DNA of 64,000 bases, taken from assembly GCF_009914755.1 (NCBI RefSeq), contig NC_060927.1. One strand, given 5' to 3'. Positions 1 through 13,320 of this stretch are shown piece after piece. The notes beneath the pieces were generated by a model, which was not told the DNA's origin, ran no database searches, and saw only the letters and a program-made list of their open reading frames with translations. The DNA is from the human T2T-CHM13v2.0 reference genome, Homo sapiens. How positions within the stretch are numbered: the stretch's first letter is position 1; each line of letters begins with the position of its first letter. The position numbers and the translations under genes were made by a program.

Positions 1-842
1 CTACAAATGACTGTATCGCATCCTTTTTTATGGTTAAATAGTACTCCATTGTGTACGTATACCACATTTTTCTTTACCTGTTTATCTGTTGATGGACACT
101 TAGGTTGCTTCCAAATCTTAGCTATTGTAAACCATGCTGCAACAAACACAGGAGTGCAACTATCTCTTCAATATACTGATTTCCTTTCTTTTGGGTACAT
201 GCCCAGCAGTGGGATTGCTGGATCGTATGGCAGCTCAATTTTCAGTTTTTTTGAGGAACCTCCAAATTGTTCCCCATACTGTTTTTACTAATTTACATTC
301 CCACAAACAATGTACAACAGTTCCCTTTTCTCCACATCCTCGCCAGCATTTGTTATTGCCTGTTTTTTGGCTACAAACCATTTTAACTGTGGTGACATGA
401 TATCTCATTGTAGTTTTGCATTTCTCTGATGATCAGTGATGTTGAGCACCTTTACATATTCCTGTTTGCCCTTTTTTATGACTTCTTTTGAGAAATGTCT
501 ATTCAAATCTTGTGCCCATTTTTTGATAAGTTTATTAGATTTTTTCCTATAGAGTCGTTTGAGCTCCTTATGTATTCTGATTATTAATCCCTTGTCTGAG
601 GTGTTTTTTTTTCCCATTCTGTCAGTTGTCTCTTCACTTTGTTGATTACAACCCTTGCTGTGCAGAAGCTTTTTAATTTGATGTGATCCGATTTGTCCAT
701 TTTTTACTTTGGTTGCCTGTGCTTGTAGGGTATTGTTCAAGAAACCTTTGCCCAGATAAATGTCCTGGAAATTTTCTCCAATGTTTACTTGTAGTCATTT
801 CATAGTGTGAGATCTTAGATATAAGTCTTTAGTCTATTTCGA

Positions 843-1137
843 TTTTTTTTTTTTTGGCAGATTGTCCCTCTGTCATCCAGCTTGGAGTGCAGTGGTGCCA
901 TCTTGGCTCACTGCAACCTCTGCCTCCCAGGCTCAAGCAGTCCTCCCACCTCACCCCCATGAGTATCTGGGACTACAGGCATGCACCACCATGCCCAGCT
1001 AATTTTCATATTTTTTGGTAGAGACTGAGTTTTGCCACGTTGCTCAGGCTGGTTTCAAGCTCCTGGGATCAAGCAATCCACATACCTTGGCCTCCCAAAG
1101 TGCTGGGATTACAGGTGTGAGTCACCATGCCCAGCCT
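843..1137 (-). mobile_element. Alu (AluJ-like)
   Basis: Poly-T start, 'ggctcaagcagtcctcccacctca', ends 'ccatgcccagcc'; J-type diagnostics. Confidence 0.93.
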
Positions 1138-2621
1138 GGTTTGATTTTTCTGTATGGTAAGAGACAAAGTTCTAGTTTCAATCTTCTGCATGTGAATATC
1201 CAGTTTTCTAGCACCATTTATTGAAGAGACTATCTTTTTTCCAGTGTATATTCTTTACACCTTTGTCAAAAATGAGTTCACTGTAGGTGTGTGGATTTGT
1301 TTCTGGGTTCTCTATGTTGTTCCATTGGTCTATGTGTCTGTTTTTATGCCAGTACCATGCTGTTTTGTTTACTGTAGCTCTGTAGTATACTTTGAGGTCA
1401 GGTAATGTGATTCCTCCAGTTTTTTGCTTAGGATAGCTTTGGCTATTCTGGATCTTTTGTGACTCCATATAAATTTTAGCATAGTTTTTTCTAATTTCTG
1501 TGAAAAATATTGGTATTTTGAATCTGTAGATTGTTTTGGGTAGCATGGACATTTTAACAATATTGATTCTTTCAATACATGAACATGAAATATTTTTCCA
1601 TTTTTTGATGTCCTCTTCAATTTCCTTAATCAGCGTTTTACAGTTTTCATTATAGAGATCATTCACTTCTTTGGTTATGTTAATTCCTAGATATATAATT
1701 TTATGTGTGGCTATTTTAAATGGGATTACTTTTTAATTTCTTTTTCACATTGTTCACTGTTGGCATATAGAAATACTACTGATTTCTGTATGTTGACTCT
1801 GTATCCTGCAACTTTACTGAATTTATCAGTTCTAATAGTTTTCTTGTGGAGTCTCAAAGTTTTTCCAAATCTTAGATCATCTCATCAGCAAACAAGAATA
1901 ATTTGACTTATTTTTCCAGTCAGGATGCCCATTATATCTTTCTCTTGTCTGACTGCTCTAGCTAGGATCTCCAGTACTATTTTGAATAGAATCCTTGTCG
2001 TGTTCCAGATCTTAGAGGAAAGGCTTTCAGTTTTTCCCCACTTAATATGATACTAGCTGTGGGTTTGTTGTATATGGCTTTTATTATGTTGAGATACGTT
2101 CCTTCTATACCTAGTCTTCCTGACGGTTTTTATCATGAAGTGATGTTGAGGTGTTTTTTTCTGGTTTTGGTATCAGGGTAATACTAGCCTCATAGAATAA
2201 ATTTGGAAGTATTCGCTCCTCCTCTATTTTTGTGAATAGTTTGAGTAGAATTGGTATTTATTCTTCATTCAATATTTGGTAGAATTCAGCAGTGAAGCCA
2301 TCAGGTCCCAGGCTTTTCTTTACTGGGAGACTTTTTATTACAGCTTTGATCTTGTTACTTATTATTGGTCTGTTCATGTTTTGGTTCAATATTGGTAGGT
2401 TGTATGTATCTAGAGATTTGTCCATTTATTCCAGATTTTTCAGTTTACGGGCATATAGTTGCTCATAGTAGCCACTAGTAATCCTTTGAATTTTTGCAGT
2501 ATCAGTTGTAATACCTTCTTTTGTATTTCTCATTGTATTTATTTGGAACCTCTCTCTTTTTTTCTTAGTTTGTCCGGCTAAAGGTTGGTCAACTTTGTTT
2601 AACTTTTCAAAAAAAACCCCA

Positions 2622-2939
<318 letters not shown>

Positions 2940-4314
2940 TTATTGCATTGATCTGTTATATTTTCTTCATTTTATTTATTTTTATACTAATTATGGGATT
3001 GACTTGCTCTTGCTTTACTAGTTCTTTAAGATGCATTGTTAGATTGTAGATTTGAAGTTTCTTCTCTTTTTTGATGTAGACACTGATAGCTATAAACTTC
3101 CCTCTTAGTATTGTCTTTGCTGTATCCCATAGGTTTTGGCATGCTGTGTTTCCGTTATTATTTGTTTAAGAAATTTTTCAACTTCCTTCTTAATTTATTC
3201 ATCAACCCACTAATCACTCAAGAATATATTGTTTCATTTTCACGTATTTGTATAGTTTCCAAAATTTTTCTTGTTATTAATTTCTAGTTTAGTTTCATTG
3301 TGGTCAGAGAAGATTATTGACATTATTTTAATTTTTGTAATGTTGTAAGACTTGTTTGGTGACCTAATTCATAGTCTATCCTTCAGAATGATCTATGTTC
3401 TGAGGAAAAGATTGTGAGTTCTGCAGATGTTGGAAGAAATGTTCTGTAAATATCTATTAGATCCATTTGGTCTACAGTGCAAATTTAGTCTGATTTTTTT
3501 TGTTGATTCTTCTGTCAGGAAGATCCAATGCTGCAAGTGGGGTGTTGAAGTCCCCAGCTATTATTATATTGGGGCCTATTTCTCTTTAATTACATTTCCT
3601 TTCTATATCTGGGTGCTGCAGTGTTGGGTGCATATATATTAAAAATTGTTATATCTTCTTGCTGAATTAACCCCTTTATCATTATATAGTGACCTTCCTT
3701 GTCTCTTATAATTTTTGTTCTGAAATCTATTTTGGCTGAAAGAAGCATAGTGACTCCTGCTCTTTTTTGTTTTTATTGGTATAAAATATCTTTTTTCCAA
3801 CCTTTTATTTTCAGTCTATGTTTGTCTTCATAGATGTAGTATTTCCTGTAGGCAGTGAATCAATGGGTCTTGTTTTTTCATCTGTTCAGCCAGTCTATGT
3901 CTTTTGATTAGAGAGTTTAGTCCATTTTACATTTAATATTATTATTGATAAGTAAGGACTTAATCCTGTCATTTTGTTATTTGTTTTCTGGTTGTTTTAT
4001 GATCTCCTTTTCCTTCTTTCTTTTCTTCTTGTTTTCCTCTAGTGAAGGTGATTTTCTCTGATAGTATGATTTTGCTTCTTACTTTATATTTTTTGTGTAT
4101 CTATTGTGTGTGTTTTTGGTTTGAGGTTACCATGAGGCTTGCAAATATTATATTATAACCCATTATTTTAACCTGATAATAACTTAATACTGTTTGCATA
4201 AACAAAAAACAAACAAAAAGAACACTAATAAAAACTCACCATGACTTTGTCCTTCCACTTTTTAACATTTTATTATTTCTAATTATATCTCACTGTAATG
4301 ACAAAGAGTTGTTA

Positions 4315-4562
4315 GGCTGAGAGCAGTGGCTCATGCCTGTAATCCTGGCACTTTGGGTGGCCAAGGTAAGAGTATTACATGAGGTCAAGAGTTCACGACC
4401 CACATGGCCAACATGGCAAAACCCCATCTCTACTAAAAATACAAAAATTAGTGGGGCATGGTGGTGGGCGCCTTTAATCCCCACTACTTGGGAGGCTGAG
4501 GCAGGAGAATCTCTTGACCCAGGAGGCAGAGGTTGCCGTGAGCCAAGATTGTGCCACTGTCC
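4315..4562 (+). mobile_element. Alu (AluS-like), 3' end and tail deleted
   Basis: Alu body to 'gattgtgccactgtcc' then direct return to L1 sequence, no poly(A). Confidence 0.9.
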
Positions 4563-5390
4563 TTTACACACGGTTACAGTGTATTAATATTCTGTGTTTT
4601 TCTCTGCACTTACTATTACCAGTAAGGTTTGTACCTTCAGGTGAGTATTTATTGCTCATTAATATCCTTTTATTTCTGATTGAAGTATTCCCTTTAGCAT
4701 TTCCTGTGGGACAGGTTTGGTATTGATGAAATTCCTCCCCTTTTGTTTGTCTGGGAAAGTCTTTATTTCTCCTTCATGATGAAGGATATTTTCACCAGAT
4801 ACGCTACTCAAGGGTAAAGTTCAGCAGTTTAAATATGTCATGCCACTCTCTCCTGCACTGTAAAGTTTCCATGGAAAAGTCTGCTGTCAGAGGTATTGGA
4901 GCTCCATTATATGTTATTTGTTTCTGTCTTCTTGATGCTTTTATAATCCTTTCTTTATCCTTGACCTTTAAAGTTTGATTATTAAATGCCTTGAGGTAGT
5001 CTTCTTTGGGTTAAATCTGCTTGGTTCTATAACCATCTTGTACGTGGATACTGATATCTTTCTCTAGGTTTGGGATGTTCTCTGTTATTATCCGTTTGAA
5101 TAAGCTTTCCACCCCCTCTTTGAGGACAATAACTCTTAGATTTGCCCTTTTGAGGCTATTTTCTTGATCCTGTAGGTGTGCTTCATTTCTATGTTTTTCT
5201 TTTTTCTCCTCTGACTGTTGTATTTTCAAATAGTCTTTCTTCAGGCTCACGAATTCTTTCTTCTGCTTGATCTGTCCTGCTATTAAAAGAATCTAGTGCA
5301 TTCATTAGTATGCCGATAGCATTTTTCAACTCTAGAATTTCTGCTTGATTCCTTTTAATTATTTCTGTCTCTTTGTTAAATTTATCTTAT

Positions 5391-5440
5391 AGTATTAGCC
5401 TGTTTTCACACTGCTGATAAAGACATACCTAAGACTGGGC

Positions 5441-5521
<81 letters not shown>

Positions 5522-5856
5522 GTATATATATATGTATGTATATATATATATGTATATATATATGAGATTTAATGGACTCACAGTTCCACATGGCTGGGGA
5601 GGCCTCATAATCATGGCAGAAGGTGAAAGTCATGTCTTCATGGTGGCAGACAAGAGAATAGGACTTGTGCAGGGAAACTCCCCTTTATAAAACCATCATA
5701 TCTCATGAGACTTATTCACTATCATGAGAACAGCATGGAAAAGACCTGCCCCCATGATTCAATTATCTCTCACCAGGTCCTTCCCACAAGATATGGGAAT
5801 TGTGGGAGCTACAAGTCAAGGTGAGATTTGGGTGGGGACACAGCCAAACCATATCA
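5391..5856 (-). mobile_element. THE1 (THE1B-like) solo LTR, MaLR
   Basis: 'gtattagcctgttttcacactgctgataaagacatacc...gggtggggacacagccaaaccatatca'; 5-bp TSD cttat/cttac. Confidence 0.93.
5446..5563. repeat. (TA)n/(TATG) compound microsatellite inside the THE1 LTR
   Basis: Long pure TA run followed by interrupted TA/TG units. Confidence 0.97.
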
Positions 5857-8481
5857 CTTACAAAATTCTGAATTCCTTCTCTGTGTTATCTGGAATTTCT
5901 TTGAGTTTCCTCAACACAGCTATTTTGAATTCTGTGTCTGAGAGGTCACATAACTGTTTCTCCACCATTGGTCCCTGGTGACTTATTTAGTTCATTTGGT
6001 GAGTTCATGTTTTCATGGATGGTATTGATGATAGTAGATGTTTTTTGGTGTCTGTGCATAAAGTGTTAGGTATTTATTGTAGTCTTCACCATCTGGGCTT
6101 ATTTGTAGTTGTCCTTCTTGAAAAGGCTTTTCAGATATTTGAAAGGACTTGGGTGTTGTGATGTAAGCCATGTCTACTTTAGGGGGCACCACAAGACGAG
6201 TAATGCTGTGGTTCTTGCAGACTCATAGAAGTGCTGCCTTGATGGTCTTGGACAAGATTTAGGAGAATTATCTGGATTACCTGACAGAAACTCCTGTTTC
6301 TCCCCTTACTTTCTCCAAAGCAAACAGAGTCTCTTTCTCTCTCTGTTCTGAGTCACCTTAGCTGAAAGTGGAGTGACACACACACCCCTGTGGGCCAGCA
6401 CTACAATGACTGCACTGGATCAGATCTGAAACAGCACAATACTGCATCTCGCCCATGGCCTGCTGTAACCATTCCCTGGCTACTGCCTATGTTCACTCAA
6501 GTCTCTGGGGCTCTACAGTCAGCAGGTGGCAAAGCCAGCCAGTCCTCTGTCCTTCCCTTCAGGATGGTGAATTCCCCCAGGCCCCAAGTGGGTCCAGAGA
6601 TGCTATCCAGGAGTCAGGGACCAGAGTCAAAAATATTAGAAGTCTACCTGCTGTACTATTGTATTGAGGCTGAGCTGGCAGTCAAATCACAGATGCACTT
6701 GTTCCTACTCTTCCCTCCCCTTTCCAAAGGCAAAGGAGCCTCACCCTGTAGCCATCACCATCCCAGGCCACAAGGAGAACTGCCAGACTACCAGCCAATG
6801 TTCCCTTTAGGCTCAAGGGCTCTTAAGTCAGCTTGCGATGAGTGCTGCCTGGCCTGGGACTCACCTGTCAGGGCAATGGGCTCCCCGCTGGCCTAGGGCA
6901 GGTCCAGAAATGCCATACAAGAGTAAAATCCTGGAACTGGGGAACCCAAAAGCCCACTTGATGCTCTGCCTCACTGTGGTTGTGCTGGAGCCTGAAGACA
7001 AGTCTCAGAGGCTTACCCAAGGGCCTTGATACAGTACCTGAGTATCATTGCTTGTTATTCAGGGCCCAAGGCTTCTTCAGTTGGCAGGTGATGAATGCTG
7101 CCAGGACTGGTTCCTTTCCTTCAAGGCAGTGGGTTCTCTTCTGACCCAGGTGTCTAGAAATGTCATCTGGGGGCTAGGGCCTGGAATGGGAACTTCACGA
7201 CTCTGACTGGTGCCTTATCTTGCTGTGGCTGAGTTGGTATCCAAGATGCAAAACTAAGTCTTCCCCACTCTTCCCTTTCCTCTCCACAAGCAGAAAGAAG
7301 GGCTCTCTTTTGGATTTGTGAGCTATGCAGCCTGAAGTGAGGGGAGGGATGATGCCAGCAATCCCTTGGCAGCCCCAGCTGATGTCTTAGTAAGTCGGGT
7401 GCCCCCAGAGTCCACCATCTCTGAGCCTAGTTTGTCATTAGGACTCATGTAAGAGTTGCAGTCCTTACGTCCTAGACTTCCTTTCAAGTTTACTTGGAGA
7501 TATAGAGTGCTGTAGCCCTCAGTGGCAAGGTTTTCAGGCACTGAAGTTCATGCCACTGGGATCAGAAATGGTGCTCTGGCTAGGGCTGGTTTAAACGCTC
7601 CCTCCTTGGGTGGGTGTTGGAAGAGTTTTGTCTGGTTCTCTTCTGGTCTAACAGGATAGTACTGTATTCAATGCCTCGAAATTGCTGTGTTCTCCCTCCC
7701 CCAGCATCCAGAGACACTCTCTGCACCAAGCTGCTGCTGCCTGGGGTGGAGGAGGGGCGACATCTACAATTCAGAACTGTTTTTTTCTTTTCTGCAATGC
7801 CTCTTTCAGTGACACAAAGTTAAAACCACGTACTATGAGTGCTCACCTGACTTTTGGTTCTTATGAAGGTGTTTTTTTCTGTGTGGATAGTTGTTAACTT
7901 GGTGTCCTTGTCGGAGGAACAATCAGTGGAAGCTTCTATCTCACCATCTTGCCCTGCCTCCTGTGGGGTTGGTTTTATAATCCCATTTCGTAGATGGAAA
8001 AACAAAAAGGGAGTAAACTTCCATGATATGCCTACAGATTCATACCAAATCATTTGTAAAAATGGAAAGTGGAATCTAGGTATATTATCTCCAACCCATT
8101 CCTTTCCTACTTGACCAGGCTGGAATCAATGACTAGAGGGATAACTCCATTTTCTTCCCTGTAGACATTTTAGGACTACATAGACATCCATCTATCTCAC
8201 TGGGGAAATGTGGTATGGGCGGAGGAGATACAGAGGTTTTATTTTTGTTTTTTTCCTAGATTTTAGTGCTCTTTAAGATGATTTTTGTTGCGTGTGTTTT
8301 TTATTTTTAAAAGAACATAGAAACAAGTAACAATTGCTCAAATTCCTACCACTCAGAATTAATTATTACTAGAATGTTGAAATATTTGCTTCTAATTATG
8401 ATTGTTAGCTTGTTTTAAAATATTATTATTATTCAAAAGAAATGTTACCATCTAAAAAAATTAAATGTTTTTAAAAACACA

Positions 8482-9145
<664 letters not shown>

Positions 9146-10039
9146 TTAAGAAAACACATTTCTGGCATATTTCATTGTAGATATGCCTATAGACAAAAAT
9201 CATATGCAGATAGATAGATTTTTAATAAACTTAGAATCATTTTTATAGATAGTATCTTTAAGTAAAAATAATACATTTTATCTTATTTCCTATAGGCAGT
9301 ATATAAGCAAAAATGAGGGGAAAAGAACTTCAACCAATATCAAATTATGGTTCCACAAGCTCAAATTCTTACTTTTCCACATTATTACAAAAATAAATAA
9401 CAGCAAAAATAATACAACTTTTTATTTGTTTCTGTGTGGATTTCCTTCTAGTTATTACCATTAACATTTTCATTATCATCATCATCTATTATTGTCCTAA
9501 ATATTGGCATTATTTACGGCTCACAGTGTGCCAGATACCTTGCCAATGTTTCATTTACATGAATTTTTTATTTTATCCTCATAAGCCATCTGCCCACAGA
9601 GCCTGCGTGCTGAATCATCCTGCCCTAATCCTTCTCTGTCTTCACCCTATTTCAACAGAAAGAAAGACCAGATACATAGCAAGAGCTTCGTTCTTGCATT
9701 CAGGGGTCAAGCATAGGGAGTTCTGACACTTTCTTTCACTCTCTTTATGCCTCCTTTTCACTTACAACTCAAAAGTGAGAAGAGAGGAGGTAAAGGGAAG
9801 GTAATCTATCTGATTGGCAAACAGAAACCTATTTTTGGAAAATGAAAGTTACCGAAAGCCATAAAGAAGTTTAAAAAATTCTCAATGCCCTTCCCATTTT
9901 TCCATCTTTCTACTGCTTTTTATAGCCTTTTACTTACATAGTTTATTCTCTTGTGAATTTAGCCTCAGATAGAGGAGAGGCTAAGAGAATTTAAAAAGGA
10001 ATGTGAATTGGGATATCTCAAAAAGGAAGGAAAGATACA

Positions 10040-10225
10040 TTTTATGGTGTATGTTCTATGTGCCAAGCCCACTTACACATATTATTTCCTTTAGTCCTTA
10101 GGTAAGAATTATTTTTTCACTGTAAGATAAAAAAATTGGGACTAGGGAATACAAATCACCTGTCCAGGAACACACAGCCAGTGATGGTTTAAAACCCAGC
10201 TCTGTTTGATCCCAAAGCCCGTGTC
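10040..10225 (-). mobile_element. MIR fragment
   Basis: 'tatgtgccaag...cacctgtccaggaacacacagccagt...aaacccagctctgtttgatcccaaagccc'. Confidence 0.65.
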
Positions 10226-10269
10226 CTAAAAAGTTTTCTCTAATACAGTGAGGAAACAGCAGTCATCGT

Positions 10270-10395
10270 TAATTCTTTCAGCCAACATTTACTGAGCAGC
10301 TGCCATGTATCAGACACAGTTTAGGTTCTGAGGATACAGAGTAGAGCATTATATGACCTCTGGCTTTGAAGAATTTACAGTCTAGTAGGGGAAGG
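10270..10395 (-). mobile_element. L2 3' end fragment
   Basis: 'caacatttactgagcagctgccatgtatcagacacagt...gaggatacagag...tttacagtctagtagggga'. Confidence 0.7.
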
Positions 10396-11169
10396 AGAGT
10401 GAGACTGGAGGGCCTTATATACTATCTTTCCTTAGCTGCAGGTATGGCAGATATATTTAAAATAAGCAACTGTTCATCTCCTCTAAGAATAAATGTCAGA
10501 AGTCACATGGAAATTGAACTTTAGAGACTAGAAGTGTCTCAAGCAGCCTGCTCAGTTTTGATCAAGGAAATAAAAACCTAAAGAAATACTCAGAGCAAAG
10601 TTACTAAACACGTAACTTTGAGTAAAAGATGGCTGCAACATGAAATTATCAAAGATTTACAGACTATAAATACCAAGAGGATTAAAATGCTCTTGGACTT
10701 GCAATCAAATTTGGAGTAATTGGATAAAATAAGACTACCTCTAACTCATTTTATTATAAAGATTTATTAGAGTATAAAAAACCGAGGCCCAAAGATATTT
10801 CTGCTTGCGACAATTAAACCAAAAAAGTCTAAAGTCAATCCATGATTATATATGGAAATAAGGACCACAGAAAGTAAAATGAATTTCATTTCCATCATCT
10901 TTAAACCACATTTTGCTTCCAACCTTTTCCTTGACCCACGAAATTGCCAAAAATAAAAATTTACATGTTTTGGATAATTTTTACTGAGTCTTGTGAGAGA
11001 AATGGAAGCCTTTTGTTTCTTGTGGGCAGAATAATCTTTGTTTTTAATAGGCAAAGAGAAGTCCCTCATATAAGAGCTTCCTCATTCTTACCCCTATACA
11101 CTCCATCTTTCATCTGAGAGCACATAAATCATAGGGAAATTTTTCAGCAAGACAAAAAGGAACAATGAT

Positions 11170-11310
11170 TATTACTTACTGAGCATCTACTATGTCTTAG
11201 TTCCTTTTGTAAGTTCTTTAATATGTTTCTCATTAATCTTCACAATAATGGTGGAAGATAGGCATTCTTATTGACTTATTCTATGGAAAAAGAAACTGAG
11301 GCTCCCACAG
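11170..11310 (-). mobile_element. MIR fragment
   Basis: 'ttactgagcatctactatgt...aatcttcacaata...gaaactgaggctc'. Confidence 0.7.
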
Positions 11311-11582
11311 GGGAATGTTTATATATATTATGATATGTTCCTATGCTTGAATATTAGGCAGCCCTCAAAGTAATATTTTTAAGGACTTGTTATGAACATA
11401 CGATTATAATGAAAAGTATATAAAAATTAAGTTCTCAATATTCATACATACAACTAGAAAAAATATGCCAAAATGCTAATAGCTGGATAAGCTAATAAAA
11501 CTATGAATAATTTTTATATGCAGATTTTAAATGGAAAAAATTTTAAATTATTTTTTAGAGAAAAAGTTATATACAGGAAAGA

Positions 11583-11928
11583 TATTTTTGTCCATTAAGC
11601 TTCTGTAACAAAATGCCATAGAATGAGAGGGATATACACAGCAAAAATTTATCTATTACAATTCTTGAGGCTGAGAAGTCCAAGATCAAGGTGCTAGCAG
11701 ATTCAGTGTCTGGTGAGGACTTGCTCCCTGGTTCATAGACGGTACCTTCTCACTGTGCTCTTGCATGATGAAAAGAATGAGCTAATTCTATGAGGTCTCC
11801 TTAATAAGAACACTAAGCACTCATGACCTAACCACTTACCAGGTTCCCACCTCTTCATACCATCATTTTACACGTTAGGATTTCAACATAATGTATTTTG
11901 GGGAAACACTAACATTCAGACCATAGCA
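11583..11928 (-). mobile_element. MLT1A-like MaLR solo LTR
   Basis: 'gaggctgagaagtccaagatcaaggtgctagcagattcagtgtctggtgagg...aacattcagaccatagca'. Confidence 0.85.
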
Positions 11929-11989
11929 AATGACAACCAAAAAGGTGTAAGATTTTAAGGATGCAGATCTAACTCCTGGCAATAAGATA

Positions 11990-12430
11990 ACATTTGATAC
12001 AAATGTGAAAGATAAACAGGACTTGCCAATGCTAAGACTGGATAGAAAGGGGAAAGAAGGATGCATTCTAGGCAGAGAAGGACAGAGCAAAATTAGTTAA
12101 GAGTTTTGGGTATGTAAAGGAAGTTTTGAGATATAAGACCCAAAGCAGTTTGAAGCCAAATTGAAATTATCACTGTATGCTTGGCTAAAGAGTTTGGAAT
12201 TTATTTTCATAGGCAATGGCAAACTTTTGAAAGTTTTTTAGTAAGGCAATGCCATGGTCAAAGGGGTGCTTTAGGACCTTAATTTGCCGGGAATATGCAC
12301 AATGAATAGAAGACGCAAGAGAGTACAAACAGGAAGAATAATTACAAAGTCATTGAAATAATTTAGGCCCAAAACAATAGAGCCTGAATTCACATGATAG
12401 CAGTGGAACAGATAACAAGGGAGGAACAGA
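11990..12430 (-). mobile_element. L2 fragment
   Basis: 'gcattctaggcagagaagga...gctaaagagtttggaatttatt..ataggcaatgg...ttttagtaaggcaatgccatggtca'. Confidence 0.6.
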
Positions 12431-12557
12431 TGGGAAAGTTCCTCTTCTGCCTCTCCAACCAACCCCCTAATTCCTGCTCCTCTTATTCTCTCCATTTTAG
12501 CTATTCTGGCCTTTTCTCTGTTTCTAGAAGGAACTAATCTAGTTGCCCAACTAGGGA

Positions 12558-12743
12558 TTCCTCCACCCTTCTCTCTCTGACATCTTTGTTCATTATTTCT
12601 TTGGGTCTCTGCTTAAATATTTTATCTCTCTGACATCTTTGTTCATTATTTCTTTGGGTTTCTGCTTAAATATCTGCTTCCTCCACCCTTCTCTTTCTGA
12701 TATCTTTGTTCATTATTTCTTTGGGTCTCTGCTTAAATATTTT
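12558..12743. repeat. Local tandem triplication of ~48-bp unit (A-B-B-A-B arrangement)
   Basis: 'ctctgacatctttgttcattatttctttgggtctctgcttaaatat' three times; 'ttcctccacccttctct' precedes copies 1 and 3, which are 120 bp apart. Confidence 0.93.
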
Positions 12744-13099
12744 TCCAGGACAGTTTTCATGCCCCTCTAAGCCAGTCTAGACTAGGTTTTCCTGTTTTAC
12801 TCCCTCGCAGCACCTTGCAGTTTTTTTCCATTGCACTTATTATAATCAATAGCTAAAAAATAATATTTACTATGCATTTGTGAGATAAATTACTCTGTTA
12901 AGTTTTCTTTACAAGGTTTATCTCCTTTTATCCAAAATAAAAAATAAAAAATAAAAAAACACATAAGTAGACATTAGTATTATCCCCTATTTTCCAGAGA
13001 AGGGAACTCAAGATCAGAAAGGTTAGTTAACTATGGAATTTGGAAGTGACTGCTCTTACCTACCTAGAGGGATGCTCTGGCTCAAGTAAGGGAGGTAAT

Positions 13100-13320
13100 T
13101 TGATGTAGTGATTATTAGGTTAAGCATAGAATCTAGAGACAGACTAATTGGGTTATGATCTTGCCTTTGCCACTTACTAGCTGTGAAATCCCTCAAGCAA
13201 GTTGTTTAAGCTCTCTGGGGCTAAATTTCTTCATTTATAAAATAAGATATTGTTGCTTCTCTTATAGGATTGTCAGGAATACTAAATGAGATGAATGCTG
13301 AGAACAAGATTGGCATATAG
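13100..13320 (+). mobile_element. MIR
   Basis: 'ggttaagcatagaatctagagacagac...gccacttactagctgtga...aaatttcttcatttataaaataag'. Confidence 0.75.

Noticed and set aside
597-2160. Identical 14-mer tgaggtgttttttt at 597-610 and 2147-2160, both near L1 deletion points
   Set aside because: Half of it is a T-run and the second copy is explained by diverged L1 consensus; likely coincidence
6390-6896. 168-aa plus-strand ORF
   Set aside because: Antisense reading of the old L1 5' UTR, non-ATG start, no domain
12558-12743. Repeat-spacer-like pattern suggesting a CRISPR array
   Set aside because: Primate DNA, no unique spacers of regular length, no cas genes; it is a local duplication
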